From Eledone cirrhosa (lineage: Eukaryota), in the NCBI GenBank assembly GCA_964016885.1, contig OZ024745.1, positions 496,001 through 560,000 on the forward strand: 64,000 bases of DNA. The letters run 5' to 3'. The position numbers and the translations under genes were made by a program. The notes beneath the pieces were generated by a model. That model searched no databases, was not told the origin of the DNA, and was given only the letters and a program-made list of their open reading frames with translations. The first letter of the stretch is position 1. Each line of letters opens with the position of its first letter. Shown here piece after piece: positions 1-9,250 of this stretch.

Positions 1-3000
1 TAAATATTGGAACCTTCCATCTAGTCTTCAACAGTAAAGACTTCTATCTCCCTAAACATTGGAACCTTCCATCTAGTCTTCAACAGTAAAGACTATCTCC
101 CTAAACATTGGAACCTTCCATCCAGTCTTCAACACCAAAGACTTCTATCTCCCTAAACATTGGAACCTTCCATCTAGTCTTCAACAGTAAAGACTTCTAT
201 CTCCCTAAACATTGGAACCTTCCATCTAGTCTTCAACAGTAAAGACTTCTATCTCCCTAAATATTGGAACCTTCCCTCCAGTCTTCAACACCAAAGACTT
301 CTATCTCCCTAAACATTGGAACCTTCCATCTAGTCTTCAACAGTAAAGACTTCTATCTCCCTAAACATTGGAACCTTCCATCTAGTCTTCAACAGTAAAG
401 ACTTCTATCTCCCTAAACATTGGAACCATCCATCCAGTCTTCAACAGCAAAGACTTCTATCTCCCTAAACATTGGAACCTTCCATCTAGTCTTCAACAGC
501 AAAGACTTCTATCTCCCTAAACATTGGAACCTTCTATCTAGTCTTCAACAGCAAAGACTTCTATCTCCCTAAACATTGGAACCTTCCATCTAGTCTTCAA
601 CAGCAAAGACTTCTATCTCCCTAAACATTGGAACCTTCCATCTAGTCTTCAACAGCAAAGACTTCTATCTCCCTAAACATTGGAACCTTCCATCTAGTCT
701 TCAACAGCAAAGACTTCTATCTCCCTAAATTTTGGAACCTTCCATCTAGTCTTCAACAGCAAAGACTTCTATCTCCCTAAACATTGGAACCTTCCATCTA
801 GTCTTCAACAGTAAACACTTCTATCTCCCTAAATATTGGAACCTTCCATCTAGTCTTCAACAGCAAAGACTTCTATCTCCCTAAATATTGGAACCTTCAT
901 CTAGTCTTCAACAGCAAAGACTTCTATCTCCCTAAACATTGGAACCTTCCATCTAGTCTTCAACAGCAAAGACTTCTATCTCCCTAAACATTGGAACCTT
1001 CCATCTAATCTTCAACAGCAAAGACTTCTATCTCCCTAAACATTGGAACCTTCCATCTAGTCTTCAACAGTAAAGACTTCTATCTCCCTAAATATTGGAA
1101 CCTTCCATCTAGTCTTCAACAGCAAAGACTTCTATCTCCCTAAACATTGGAACCTTCCATCTAGTCTTCAACAGCAAAGACTTCTATCTCCCTAAACATT
1201 GGAACCTTCCATCTAGTCTTCAACAGTAAAGACTTCTATCTCCCTAAACATTGGAACCTTCCATCTAGTCTTCAACAGTAAAGACTTCTATCTCCCTAAA
1301 CATTGGAACCTTCCATCTAGTCTTCAACAGCAAAGACTTCTATCTCCCTAAATATTGGAACCTTCCATCTAGTCTTCAACAGCAAAGACTTCTATCTCCC
1401 TAAACATTGGAACCTTCCATCTAGTCTTCATCAGCAAAGACTTCTATCTCCCTAAACACTGGAACCTTCCATCTAGTCTTCATCAGCAAAGACTTCTATC
1501 TCCCTAGGAACCTTCCATCTAGTCTTCAACAGCAAAGACTTCTATCTCCCTAAATATTGGAACCTTCCATCTAGTCTTCAACAGCAAAGACTTCTATCTC
1601 CCTAAACATTGGAACCTTCCATCCAGTCTTCAACAGCAAAGACTTCTATCTCCCTAAACATTGGAACCTTCCATCTAGTCTTCATCAGCAAAGACTTCTA
1701 TCTCCCTAAACACTGGAACCTTCCATCTAGTCTTCATCAGCAAAGACTTCTATCTCCCTAGGAACCTTCCATCTAGTCTTCAACAGCAAAGACTTCTATC
1801 TCCCTAAATATTGGAACCTTCCATCTAGTCTTCAACAGCAAAGACTTCTATCTCCCTAAACATTGGAACCTTCCATCTAGTCTTCATCAGCAAAGACTTC
1901 TATCTCCCTAAACACTGGAACCTTCCATCTAGTCTTCATCAGCAAAGACTTCTATCTCCCTAGGAACCTTCCATCTAGTCTTCAACAGCAAAGACTTCTA
2001 TCTCCCTAAATATTGGAACCTTCCATCTAGTCTTCAACAGCAAAGACTTCTATCTCCCTAAACATTGGAACCTTCCATCCAGTCTTCAACAGCAAAGACT
2101 TCTATCTCCCTAAACATTGGAACCTTCCATCTAGTCTTCAACAGCAAAGACTTCTATCTCCCTAAATATTGGAACCTTCCATCTAGTCTTCAACAGCAAA
2201 GACTTCTATCTCCCTAAACATTGGAACCTTCCATCTAGTCTTCATCAGCAAAGACTTCTATCTCCCTAAACACTGGAACCTTCCATCTAGTCTTCATCAG
2301 CAAAGACTTCTATCTCCCTAGGAACCTTCCATCTAGTCTTCAACAGCAAAGACTTCTATCTCCCTAAATATTGGAACCTTCCATCTAGTCTTCAACAGCA
2401 AAGACTTCTATCTCCCTAAACATTGGAACCTTCCATCCAGTCTTCAACAGCAAAGACTTCTATCTCCCTAAACATTGGAACCTTCCATCTAGTCTTCAAC
2501 AGTAAAGACTTCTATCTCCCTAAACATTGGAACCTTCCATCTAGTCTTCAACAGTAAAGACTCTATCTCCCTAAACATTGGAACCTTCCATCTAGTCTTC
2601 AACAGTAAAGACTTCTATCTCCCTAAACATTGGAACCTTCCATCCAGTCTTCAACAGCAAAGACTTCTATCCCTAAACATTGGAACCTTCCATCTAGTCT
2701 TCATCAGCAAAGACTTCTATCTCCCTAAACATTGGAACCTTCCATCTAGTCTTCATCAGCAAAGACTTCTATCTCCCTAAACATTGGAACCTTCCATCTA
2801 GTCTTCATCAGCAAAGACTTCTATCTCCCTAAACATTGGAACCTTCCACCTAGTCTTCAACAGCAAAGACTTCTATCTCCCTAAACATTGGAACCTTCCA
2901 TCTAGTCTTCATCAGCAAAGACTTCTATCTCCCTAAACATTGGAACCTTCCATCTAGTCTTCATCAGCAAAGACTTCTATCTCCCTAAACACTGGAACCT

Positions 3001-3518
3001 TCCATCTAGTCTTCAACAGCAAAGACTTCTATCTCCCTAAACATTGGAACCTTCCATCTAGTCTTCATCAGCAAAGACTTCTATCTCCCTAAACACTGGA
3101 ACCTTCCATCTAGTCTTCATCAGCAAAGACTTCTATCTCCCTAGGAACCTTCCATCTAGTCTTCAACAGCAAAGACTTCTATCTCCCTAAATATTGGAAC
3201 CTTCCATCTAGTCTTCAACAGCAAAGACTTCTATCTCCCTAAACATTGGAACCTTCCATCTAGTCTTCAACAGCAAAGACTTCTATTTCCCTAAACATTG
3301 GAACCTTCCATCTAGTCTTCAACAGCAAAGACGTCTATCTCCCTAAACATTGGAACCTTCCATCTTGTCTTCAACAGCAAAGACCCTTCTATCTCCCTAA
3401 ACACTGGAACCTTCCATCTAGTCTTCAACAGAAAAGACCCTTCTATCTCCCTAAACACTGGAACCTTCCATCTAGTCTTCAACAGCAAAGACCCTTCTAT
3501 CTCCCTAAACATTGGAAC
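1..3518. repeat. 52-bp tandem satellite/minisatellite, runs off the left edge (consensus TAAACATTGGAACCTTCCATCTAGTCTTCAACAGCAAAGACTTCTATCTCCC)
   Basis: Units start at 1 and 53 and continue near-identically (~68 copies). Variants include 46-bp deletion units (CCCTAGGAACC) and terminal 54-bp units (AAAGACCCTTCT). Array stops abruptly at ATTGGAAC|ATGTAATAG. Confidence 0.98.
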
Positions 3519-3619
3519 ATGTAATAGACAACCCAGAGAAAAATATATTACATCTGTTTCATATAATAAAACCAAAGTTAAGCAACCAGCTCACAAAAAC
3601 CCCCTAAGGAGTCAAGTGG

Positions 3620-3823
3620 TAGTGGTGATACCATGAAAAAACAAACTTAGTACATGTCGTAAAGCGGTTGGCATTAGGAAAGGTATCTAGCTATAGAGAC
3701 CATGCCAAAATGAAATGTATGAGCAAGACACAGTCATCTAATCAGCCTATCTAGCCTTAGAGCATGACATCCCATCTAACTGATGCAAGTATAAAAATAG
3801 ATATAAAACAATGATGATGATGA
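3620..3823 (+). mobile_element. Decayed copy of the RTE-type 3' tail (SINE or very short LINE remnant) ending in (ATG)n
   Basis: GTAAAGCGGTTGGCATTAGGAAAGGTATCTAGCTATAGAGACC...ATGCAAGTATAAAAATAGATATAAAACAATGATGATGATGA aligns by eye with the LINE 3' end at 7725-7894. Confidence 0.75.
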
Positions 3824-4212
3824 GATTTTGTTTTGGGTTTCTAAACATCATATTTGTGAGAACAATCCAAAACAAAAACTTATTCTGACTATAGTTAGAA
3901 CAAAATTTATCTGTTCAGATCATCAAATATCTTGTGAGGTCTATCAATCTCACAAAAGTTAGCATTTATCATTCTTCATAACAAATATCTCTTCACTTAT
4001 GTTAACAGCAGTTATCACAAAATTTGCTTAATCTGATTTCTACAAAACAATATTTCTTTCCAGTTGTCCAAATATCACAAAGGCCAAGTCAGCTTCTCCA
4101 CTCAATATTTCTCTCCGTCTATGTGAACTCATAGTTACTTGAAAACTTACCATACTAAAACATTCCTTGCCCTATTTTGATGTAGGAAGAGACAGTTATG
4201 TCTTCCCATGCA

Positions 4213-4325
4213 AATAATTGTTTCTACTTTAGGCACAAGGGAAAGCAAACCTTGGCAGCCTTTGAACTCAGATTGTTGCCGTGAAGTTGTTTGACGTTCT
4301 ACTGATTACTGCCAATCCACCACCT
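4213..4325 (-). mobile_element. Internally deleted tRNA-derived SINE copy
   Basis: Shares the AATAATTGTTTCTAC...GGCACAAGG tail and the TTTGAACTCAG B-box region with the copies at 4331, 8635 and 8867; the central domain is missing. Confidence 0.55.
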
Positions 4326-4330
4326 TTTTT

Positions 4331-4510
4331 AATAATGGTTTCTGATTTAGGCACAAGGCCAACTATTTTTGTTGGAGGAGAAAGTCTATTAAATCAACCT
4401 TAATGCATTAGTGGTACTTTATTTTATCAACCCCATAAGGATGAAAGACAAAGCTTACCTCGGTGGGATTTGAACTTAGCATGTTGACCGACGCCCTACC
4501 AATACTATCA
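4331..4510 (-). mobile_element. tRNA-derived SINE with Nin/Deu-like central domain, decayed
   Basis: TGGTACTTTATTTTATCAACCCCATAAGGATGAAAGACAAAG...GGATTTGAACT; the minus strand gives a B-box (GTTCAAATCC) followed by CTTTCATCCTTATGGGGTTGATAAAATAAAGTACCA, resembling the Nin/Deu domain as I recall it. Confidence 0.75.
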
Positions 4511-5130
4511 AAAACTACACTCAACTGTGCTAATAATTTTAAGAAAATAATTGTGTTCTAGTATATAAAAAAAAAAATTGGCATACCATGGCATAGTATT
4601 GTAGACTTTTATACAAACATTTTAGACCTGAGTTCACCTACCTGTTGAGAACAGGTAGTAGATCAAAGTGGAATGTTACTTACAATAAACTGACATTGAA
4701 GGTAAGATTTATGTTTCAGTTGCTTCAAACAAAGAGAAGTAGGAGGTGGTACCAGTTTCATGTCACTATGAAATCATTAATATATCTGCCTTATATAACT
4801 GTCATATTTGAATGAGGTATGTGTCCTATGGAACCAGTCCCTTAGCTGTAAACAACAACTGCTAAATCATTGATAAATTAACAAAGATAGATTGATGTCC
4901 TCTATCTAAGGGAAGACTTATTTCTCAATTTCTTTACATTGTATAACTAAAGTTAAAAGTTAAACAAGTATGGGCCGTAACTCCTGCTGGTGCTGCAGGG
5001 GTGCTGTAATGACATACAGTGGGTCTTGGTCAGTTTTTAAACCTGGCAGAGCTCATCATCTTTCCAGATCTGAATAAAGCCAATTTCTTCCAGAAAAGAA
5101 GAGAGGAAGTGAGAAAGAGATATAGAGGAA

Positions 5131-5283
5131 GAATTGACCTCAGTGCATAACTGGTACTTTATTTATCAACCTCAAAAGTATTAAAGATAAAGTTGACCTC
5201 AGCAGGATTTAAACTGATAAGACAGAGAGTCAGAACAGCACAAAGCATTATATCTGCCGTTCTAACGACTGCCAATTCACCAT
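5131..5283 (-). mobile_element. tRNA-derived SINE, same family, decayed
   Basis: CTGGTACTTTATTTATCAACCTCAAAAG...GTTGACCTCAGCAGGATTTAAACT...TCTAACGACTGCCAATTCACC is collinear with 8700-8852. Confidence 0.7.
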
Positions 5284-5439
5284 CTCATATGAGAATATTT
5301 TAGAACATTAGAAAACGGGAAAAAAATCTATAAGAGAGAGTAAGATGTTTAGTCTCTGCAATATAGACTAAGAAAAATGGCAATATTCCAAGAACTACTA
5401 AACAATAGAAAAACCATGTGTGTAGATTGGTAGATGACA

Positions 5440-5472
5440 AGAGAGAGAGAGCGAGCGAGAGAGAGAGGGGGA

Positions 5473-5503
<31 letters not shown>
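5440..5503. repeat. (GA)n imperfect microsatellite
   Basis: Directly visible. Confidence 0.95.
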
Positions 5504-5664
5504 TATGTAGGTTTTAGTAATTTTTTCTTCCTCCTCCTCCAAAGCAATGTAATTAGTGCCAGAGACAAGATGTTGTCTCAGAGCTGACTGCTGAATATTC
5601 TATCTACACCAAATTCTAAAATTTATAATATGCGTTTTGCACATAGTGTGTATTTAATTGTGTT

Positions 5665-5682
5665 TATATATATATATATATA
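5665..5682. repeat. (TA)9 microsatellite, left flank of the LINE
   Basis: Directly visible. Confidence 0.95.
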
Positions 5683-5695
5683 ATTCAAGCATGTT

Positions 5696-7600
5696 TTGCA
5701 ACATGAGGCCCAGAAACAGGTGTTCAAGATTGCGAGGCAGTGTGTCAGAGAGAATTGTGATGTCATTGGAGAGAAGTGTATCCGGAATGATAAAGGTGAG
5801 CTTGCCCTCACAAGTGCTGAGAAGAAAGATGCATGGAACAGTCATTATGATAGATTACTAAATGAGGAGAATGCATGGAAAGAAGAGACCCTACCCCAAG
5901 TAGACCCTATAGAGAGGCCAGCAGTACAAGTCAGCAACAGCGTAGTAAGTAAGGCAATCAAAGATATGAAGATGGGGAAGGCAACCGGTCCATCGGGTAT
6001 AGCTGCTGAGATGCTGAAGGCACCTGGGTCTGTAGGTCACACTATAACCACACGTATTGTTAACCAGGTAATACTAGAAGGTGCCATACCAAAAGATTGG
6101 TTTCAGTAGCATCATTGTCAACTGCTACAAAGGTAAAGGTGATGCACTAGATAGAGGAAACTATAGAGATATAAAGCTGATGGACCAGGTCATGAAAGTA
6201 ACAGAAAGAGTTATAGCACAGTTGATTAGGGACCGGGTGAAACTAGATGAGATGCAATTTTGGTTTGTACCAGGAAGAGGCACCACTGATGCCCTCTTCC
6301 TTGTGAGGCAGTTTACAAGAAAAGTACCTAGCTAAAAGTAAGCCACTCTACCTGGCATTCGTCGATCTCGAGAAAGCCTTTGACAGAGTTCCACGTGCTA
6401 TAATCTGGTGGGCTCTTAGAAAACTAGGAGTAGATGAATGGCTTGTGAAAGCTGTACAAGCCATGTATAGGGGAGCAGTCAGAAAAGTTAGGATTAGCAA
6501 TGAGTATAGTGAGGAATTTAGCGTACAGGTTGGTGTCCACCAGGGCTCTGTTCTTAGCCCTCTCCTGTTCATCATAGTCCTGCAGGCAATAACGGAGGAG
6601 TTTAAGACCGGATGCCCATGGGAACTCCTGTATGCAGATGACCTCGCACTTATAGCTGAATCTATGGTAGAACTAGAGAAGAAATTCCAAACTTGGAAGC
6701 AGGGACTAGAAAGAAAGGGTCTCAAAGTCAACCTGACAAAGACTAAGGTCCTTGTAAGTAGACGAGAAAACAGAACCCAGATCCCTCAGGGAAATGGCCT
6801 TGCTCAGTATGTAGGAAAGGTGTAGGTAGGAACTCCATTCTCTGCCCCAAATGCAAACAATGGGTACACAAGAGATGTAGCGGGATCTCAGGAAGCTTAA
6901 TTAAGAATGTAGACTTCACATGTAGCAGCTGTGCTGGAACAGCAAGCAGCAAACAGCCACAGGAAACAAGTACCACCAATCTCTGGAAGGGCTCTGTAGA
7001 AACAGTAGACAGCTTCTGCTACCTAGGTGACCGAATTAGCAGCGGAGGTGGGTGTTCAGAAAGTACAATAACTAGGGTAAGAACGGGATGGAAGAAGTTC
7101 AGGGAACTACTGCCACTACTAGCTGCAAAAGGCTTCTCCCTCAAAATGAAAGGCAGACTGTATGATGCGTGTATCCGAACAGCAATGTTACATGGTGGTG
7201 AGACCTGGGCGCTGACTGTGGAAGACTTACGTAGATTAGAGAGAAACGAAGCCTGCATGCTCCGATGGATGTGTAACAGTAATATACGTGAACGACAAAG
7301 CATAAAGGAATTGAGAGAGAGACTGAGCATAAGAGGAATCAAATGCTGTGTGCAGGAGAGGCGGTTGCGTTGGTATGGACATGTGATGTGTATGAAGGAT
7401 GACAGCTGCATAAAAAGGTGCAGAGCACTAGAAGTCAATGCAAACCGCGGAGTGGGGAGAGACCCAAGAAGACCTGGGATGAGGTGATAAAAGCCGACCT
7501 TACCCAATTACACCTCTCAAAGGCAATGACACACGACCGTGACCTCTGGCGTCACGCAGTAATACAGAGTACCCGACCTCCCATGGGTACAAGCTGAAGC
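5696..7600 (+). pseudogene. LINE ORF2 remnant (RT, PHD-like finger, RTE C-terminal region) with about four frameshifts
   Basis: Protein similarity switches frame at ~6100, ~6312, ~6785 and ~7455. ORF-track pieces 5696-6109, 6081-6335, 6445-6825 and 7146-7487 are consecutive parts of one ORF2; the 3' end is approximate. Confidence 0.9.
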
Positions 7601-7628
7601 ATATAGACAATATGCCACCACACCCTCC

Positions 7629-7738
7629 CACTGCAAAGTGGTCGTGGAGGTGCCACGGCAAAAAAGTACCCAGCCCACACTGTAAAGTGGACGTGTAGGT
7701 GCCACGGAAAAAGCACCCAGCACTCACTGTAAATGGGG
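7629..7738 (+). repeat. ~47-49-bp tandem duplication (about 2.3 copies) in the LINE 3' UTR
   Basis: CACTG(C/T)AAA begins at 7629, 7678 and 7725; the first two units each contain GGTGCCACGG..AAAAG.ACCCAGC. Confidence 0.85.
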
Positions 7739-7894
7739 TTGGTGTTAGGAAGGGCATCCAGTTGTAGAAATCAAGCCAAAATCAGTTCCTGTATGAGCAA
7801 GGCATGGTCAGCCGACCAGACACTGCCCACAACAGGACAACCGTCTAACCCATGCTAGCATGGAAGAACGGATGTAAAACGGTGATGATGATGA

Positions 7895-7910
7895 TATATA
7901 TATATATATA
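7895..7910. repeat. (TA)8 microsatellite, right flank of the LINE
   Basis: Directly visible. Confidence 0.95.
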
Positions 7911-8174
7911 TTCATTCAAAATATTAACAAAAATAGAACTTCATTGTGATCTTATGTATTTTATTATACATATTTCAGAGATACTGAGCTAACTTCAACA
8001 GTACGTCCTCATCAGATAAAATAAGATGATGTATGACATACCCTGACATAGTAGATGGTTAAGATCCAGTCATGGTAATACTGTTGAAGTTAGTTCAGTA
8101 CCTCTGAAATATGTATAATAAAATATACTTGATCACAATGAAGTTCTATTTTTGTTAATATTTTGAATGAATAT
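7908..8174. repeat. Long inverted repeat: 96-bp arms (7908-8003 and 8079-8174), 75-bp spacer
   Basis: The reverse complement of the right arm equals the left arm except for one 5-nt block (TTATG vs AAGTA) and two substitutions. Confidence 0.95.
7957..8023 (-). ncRNA. Minimal type I hammerhead ribozyme (Penelope-like element type)
   Basis: Minus strand: UAUUUUAU-CUGAUGA-GGACGUACUG(uugaaguuagcu)CAGUAUCUCU-GAAA-UAUGUA-UA-AUAAAAUA. Stem I is 8 bp, stem II pairs at 9 of 10 positions, both core boxes are intact and stem III is short and near-palindromic. Confidence 0.78.
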
Positions 8175-8264
8175 TAATAACTCCAGAAAACCATTACTGT
8201 TGAGTGCTTCCAATCTATTGTAAAACTAATTCTTTGATTTATTCATTGAACCTTATTTAAGCTT

Positions 8265-8268
<4 letters not shown>

Positions 8269-8298
<30 letters not shown>
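8269..8298. repeat. (TA)n microsatellite
   Basis: Directly visible. Confidence 0.95.
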
Positions 8299-8301
<3 letters not shown>

Positions 8302-8634
8302 AATAATACACATAATACACACTAAAGAGTCGATATGTTGTCAAACTGACACGTTTCAACCAAGAGAGGTTCATCTCGAAGATGAGATTATAAAATTAGG
8401 AATCTTAGGACTTTCTTTAAATAAAAGAGTTTTATCTAAGGTTCCATAATGGTTTCAATAATAGCAACACTTATTATTATTGTTAAAGCTCATAGTCATT
8501 TACCACAGTTAGTTCAGGGTTGCCTATTCATCTGGCAGTTACCCACTTATATTGCAACTAGCCATCATATCTGGTGTATCTGCCACCTGCAAGCCATTCT
8601 CTAGCAGAACAGCTCTGCCAAGAATCTGTTCAGT

Positions 8635-8852
8635 TATAATAAGTTCTAACATTATCACAAAGCCAGCAATTTGTAGGCAGGAGAAGTCAACTATATTAAC
8701 CTCAGTAATTAACTGCTACTTCATTTTATCAACCCCAGAAAGATAAAAGGCAAAGCTAACCTCAGCAGGATTTGAACTCAGAATGTAAAGAGCTAAAACA
8801 AAAGCCACAAAGCATATTGTCCGGTGCTCTACCAATTCTGCTATTCCACAGC
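8635..8852 (-). mobile_element. Near full-length tRNA-derived SINE with Pol III A and B boxes and a Nin/Deu-like central domain
   Basis: Minus strand: A box TAGCAGAATTGG (8832-8843), B box GAGTTCAAATCC (8768-8779), then GCCTTTTATCTTTCTGGGGTTGATAAAATGAAGTAGCAG, and a TTA-rich tail. Confidence 0.82.
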
Positions 8853-8866
8853 TCTTTTCTGTACAG

Positions 8867-8988
8867 TAATAATTGTTTCTACTCTTGGCACCAGGCCAGC
8901 ATTTGAAGAAAAGTGAAAATTCAATTAAACGAGCCCAGTGCATTACTGGTACTTTATTTTATGGATGAAAGGCAAAGTTAACTTCAGC
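8867..8988 (-). mobile_element. 5'-truncated copy of the same SINE
   Basis: TAATAATTGTTTCTACTCTTGGCACCAGGCCAGCA...CTGGTACTTTATTTTATGGATGAAAGGCAAAGTTAACTTCAGC matches the other copies. Confidence 0.72.
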
Positions 8989-9017
8989 CAGATGCCCTTC
9001 TTGACACCAACCCTTTC
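8988..9017 (-). mobile_element. Short fragment of the RTE-type 3' tail motif
   Basis: Reverse complement GGGTTGGTGTCAAGAAGGGCATCTG matches GGGTTGGTGTTAGGAAGGGCATCCA at 7736-7760. Confidence 0.55.
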
Positions 9018-9139
9018 AGCTGCCTCTAACAACATCCACAGATATGGTGTACCTATTCTAAACCAGTTATGTAGAGGCATTAAAATTGTATTGACAATCA
9101 TGTGTTTCACTAATTTCAAAATGATAGAGCAAATACACA

Positions 9140-9250
9140 CTCTCGCTCCCCCTTCACTTCTGTATCTCCCTCCCATCCCTGCTACCCTCTCTCTCCCTTC
9201 CCCCTGTCCCTCTCTCCCTTCCCTCCTGTCTCTCTCTCCTCACTCCCTTA
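9140..9250. repeat. CT-rich low-complexity tract
   Basis: Directly visible polypyrimidine sequence. Confidence 0.85.

Larger units (their letters stand above)
5683..7894 (+). mobile_element. 5'-truncated non-LTR retrotransposon (RTE-like clade)
   Basis: RT motifs in order: GKATGPSGIAAEMLK, YKGKGDALDRGNYR, FVDLEKAFDRVP, GVHQGSVLSPLLF, YADD (6631-6642), GLKVNLTKTK, VDSFCYLG, RRLRWYGHV. 3' UTR ends in (TGA)n and both ends abut (TA)n. No endonuclease domain is present (truncated). Confidence 0.93.

Noticed and set aside
1420-3130. CTGATGA on the minus strand of the TCATCAGC variant of the 52-bp satellite, plus an AGTCTT/AAGACT hairpin, suggesting a hammerhead satellite
   Set aside because: No GAAA follows a closable stem II and no stem I/III geometry is present; the motif arises from one substitution in a minority of units.
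3312-3575. 87-aa minus-strand ORF with 18-aa repeats
   Set aside because: Open only because the terminal satellite units are 54 bp; no coding evidence.
4965-5075. GC-richer patch with a minus-strand acceptor-like TTTATTCAG
   Set aside because: Stops occur within ~13 codons in all three frames, there is no convincing donor, and the peptide is not recognisable.
6348-7757. Minus-strand ORFs overlapping the LINE
   Set aside because: Antisense shadows of the RT coding strand.
5644-8325. 11-bp inverted match (TAGTGTGTATT / AATACACACTA) flanking the TA-tract composite
   Set aside because: Short, low-complexity, and does not extend; chance is likely.
8528-8630. Possible minus-strand exon (ILGRAVLLENGLQVADTPDMMASCNIS)
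   Set aside because: Weak splice signals and no recognisable homology; cannot be supported.
8760-8852. tRNA-like sequence with A and B boxes
   Set aside because: No cloverleaf; it is the head of a SINE with several decayed copies nearby.
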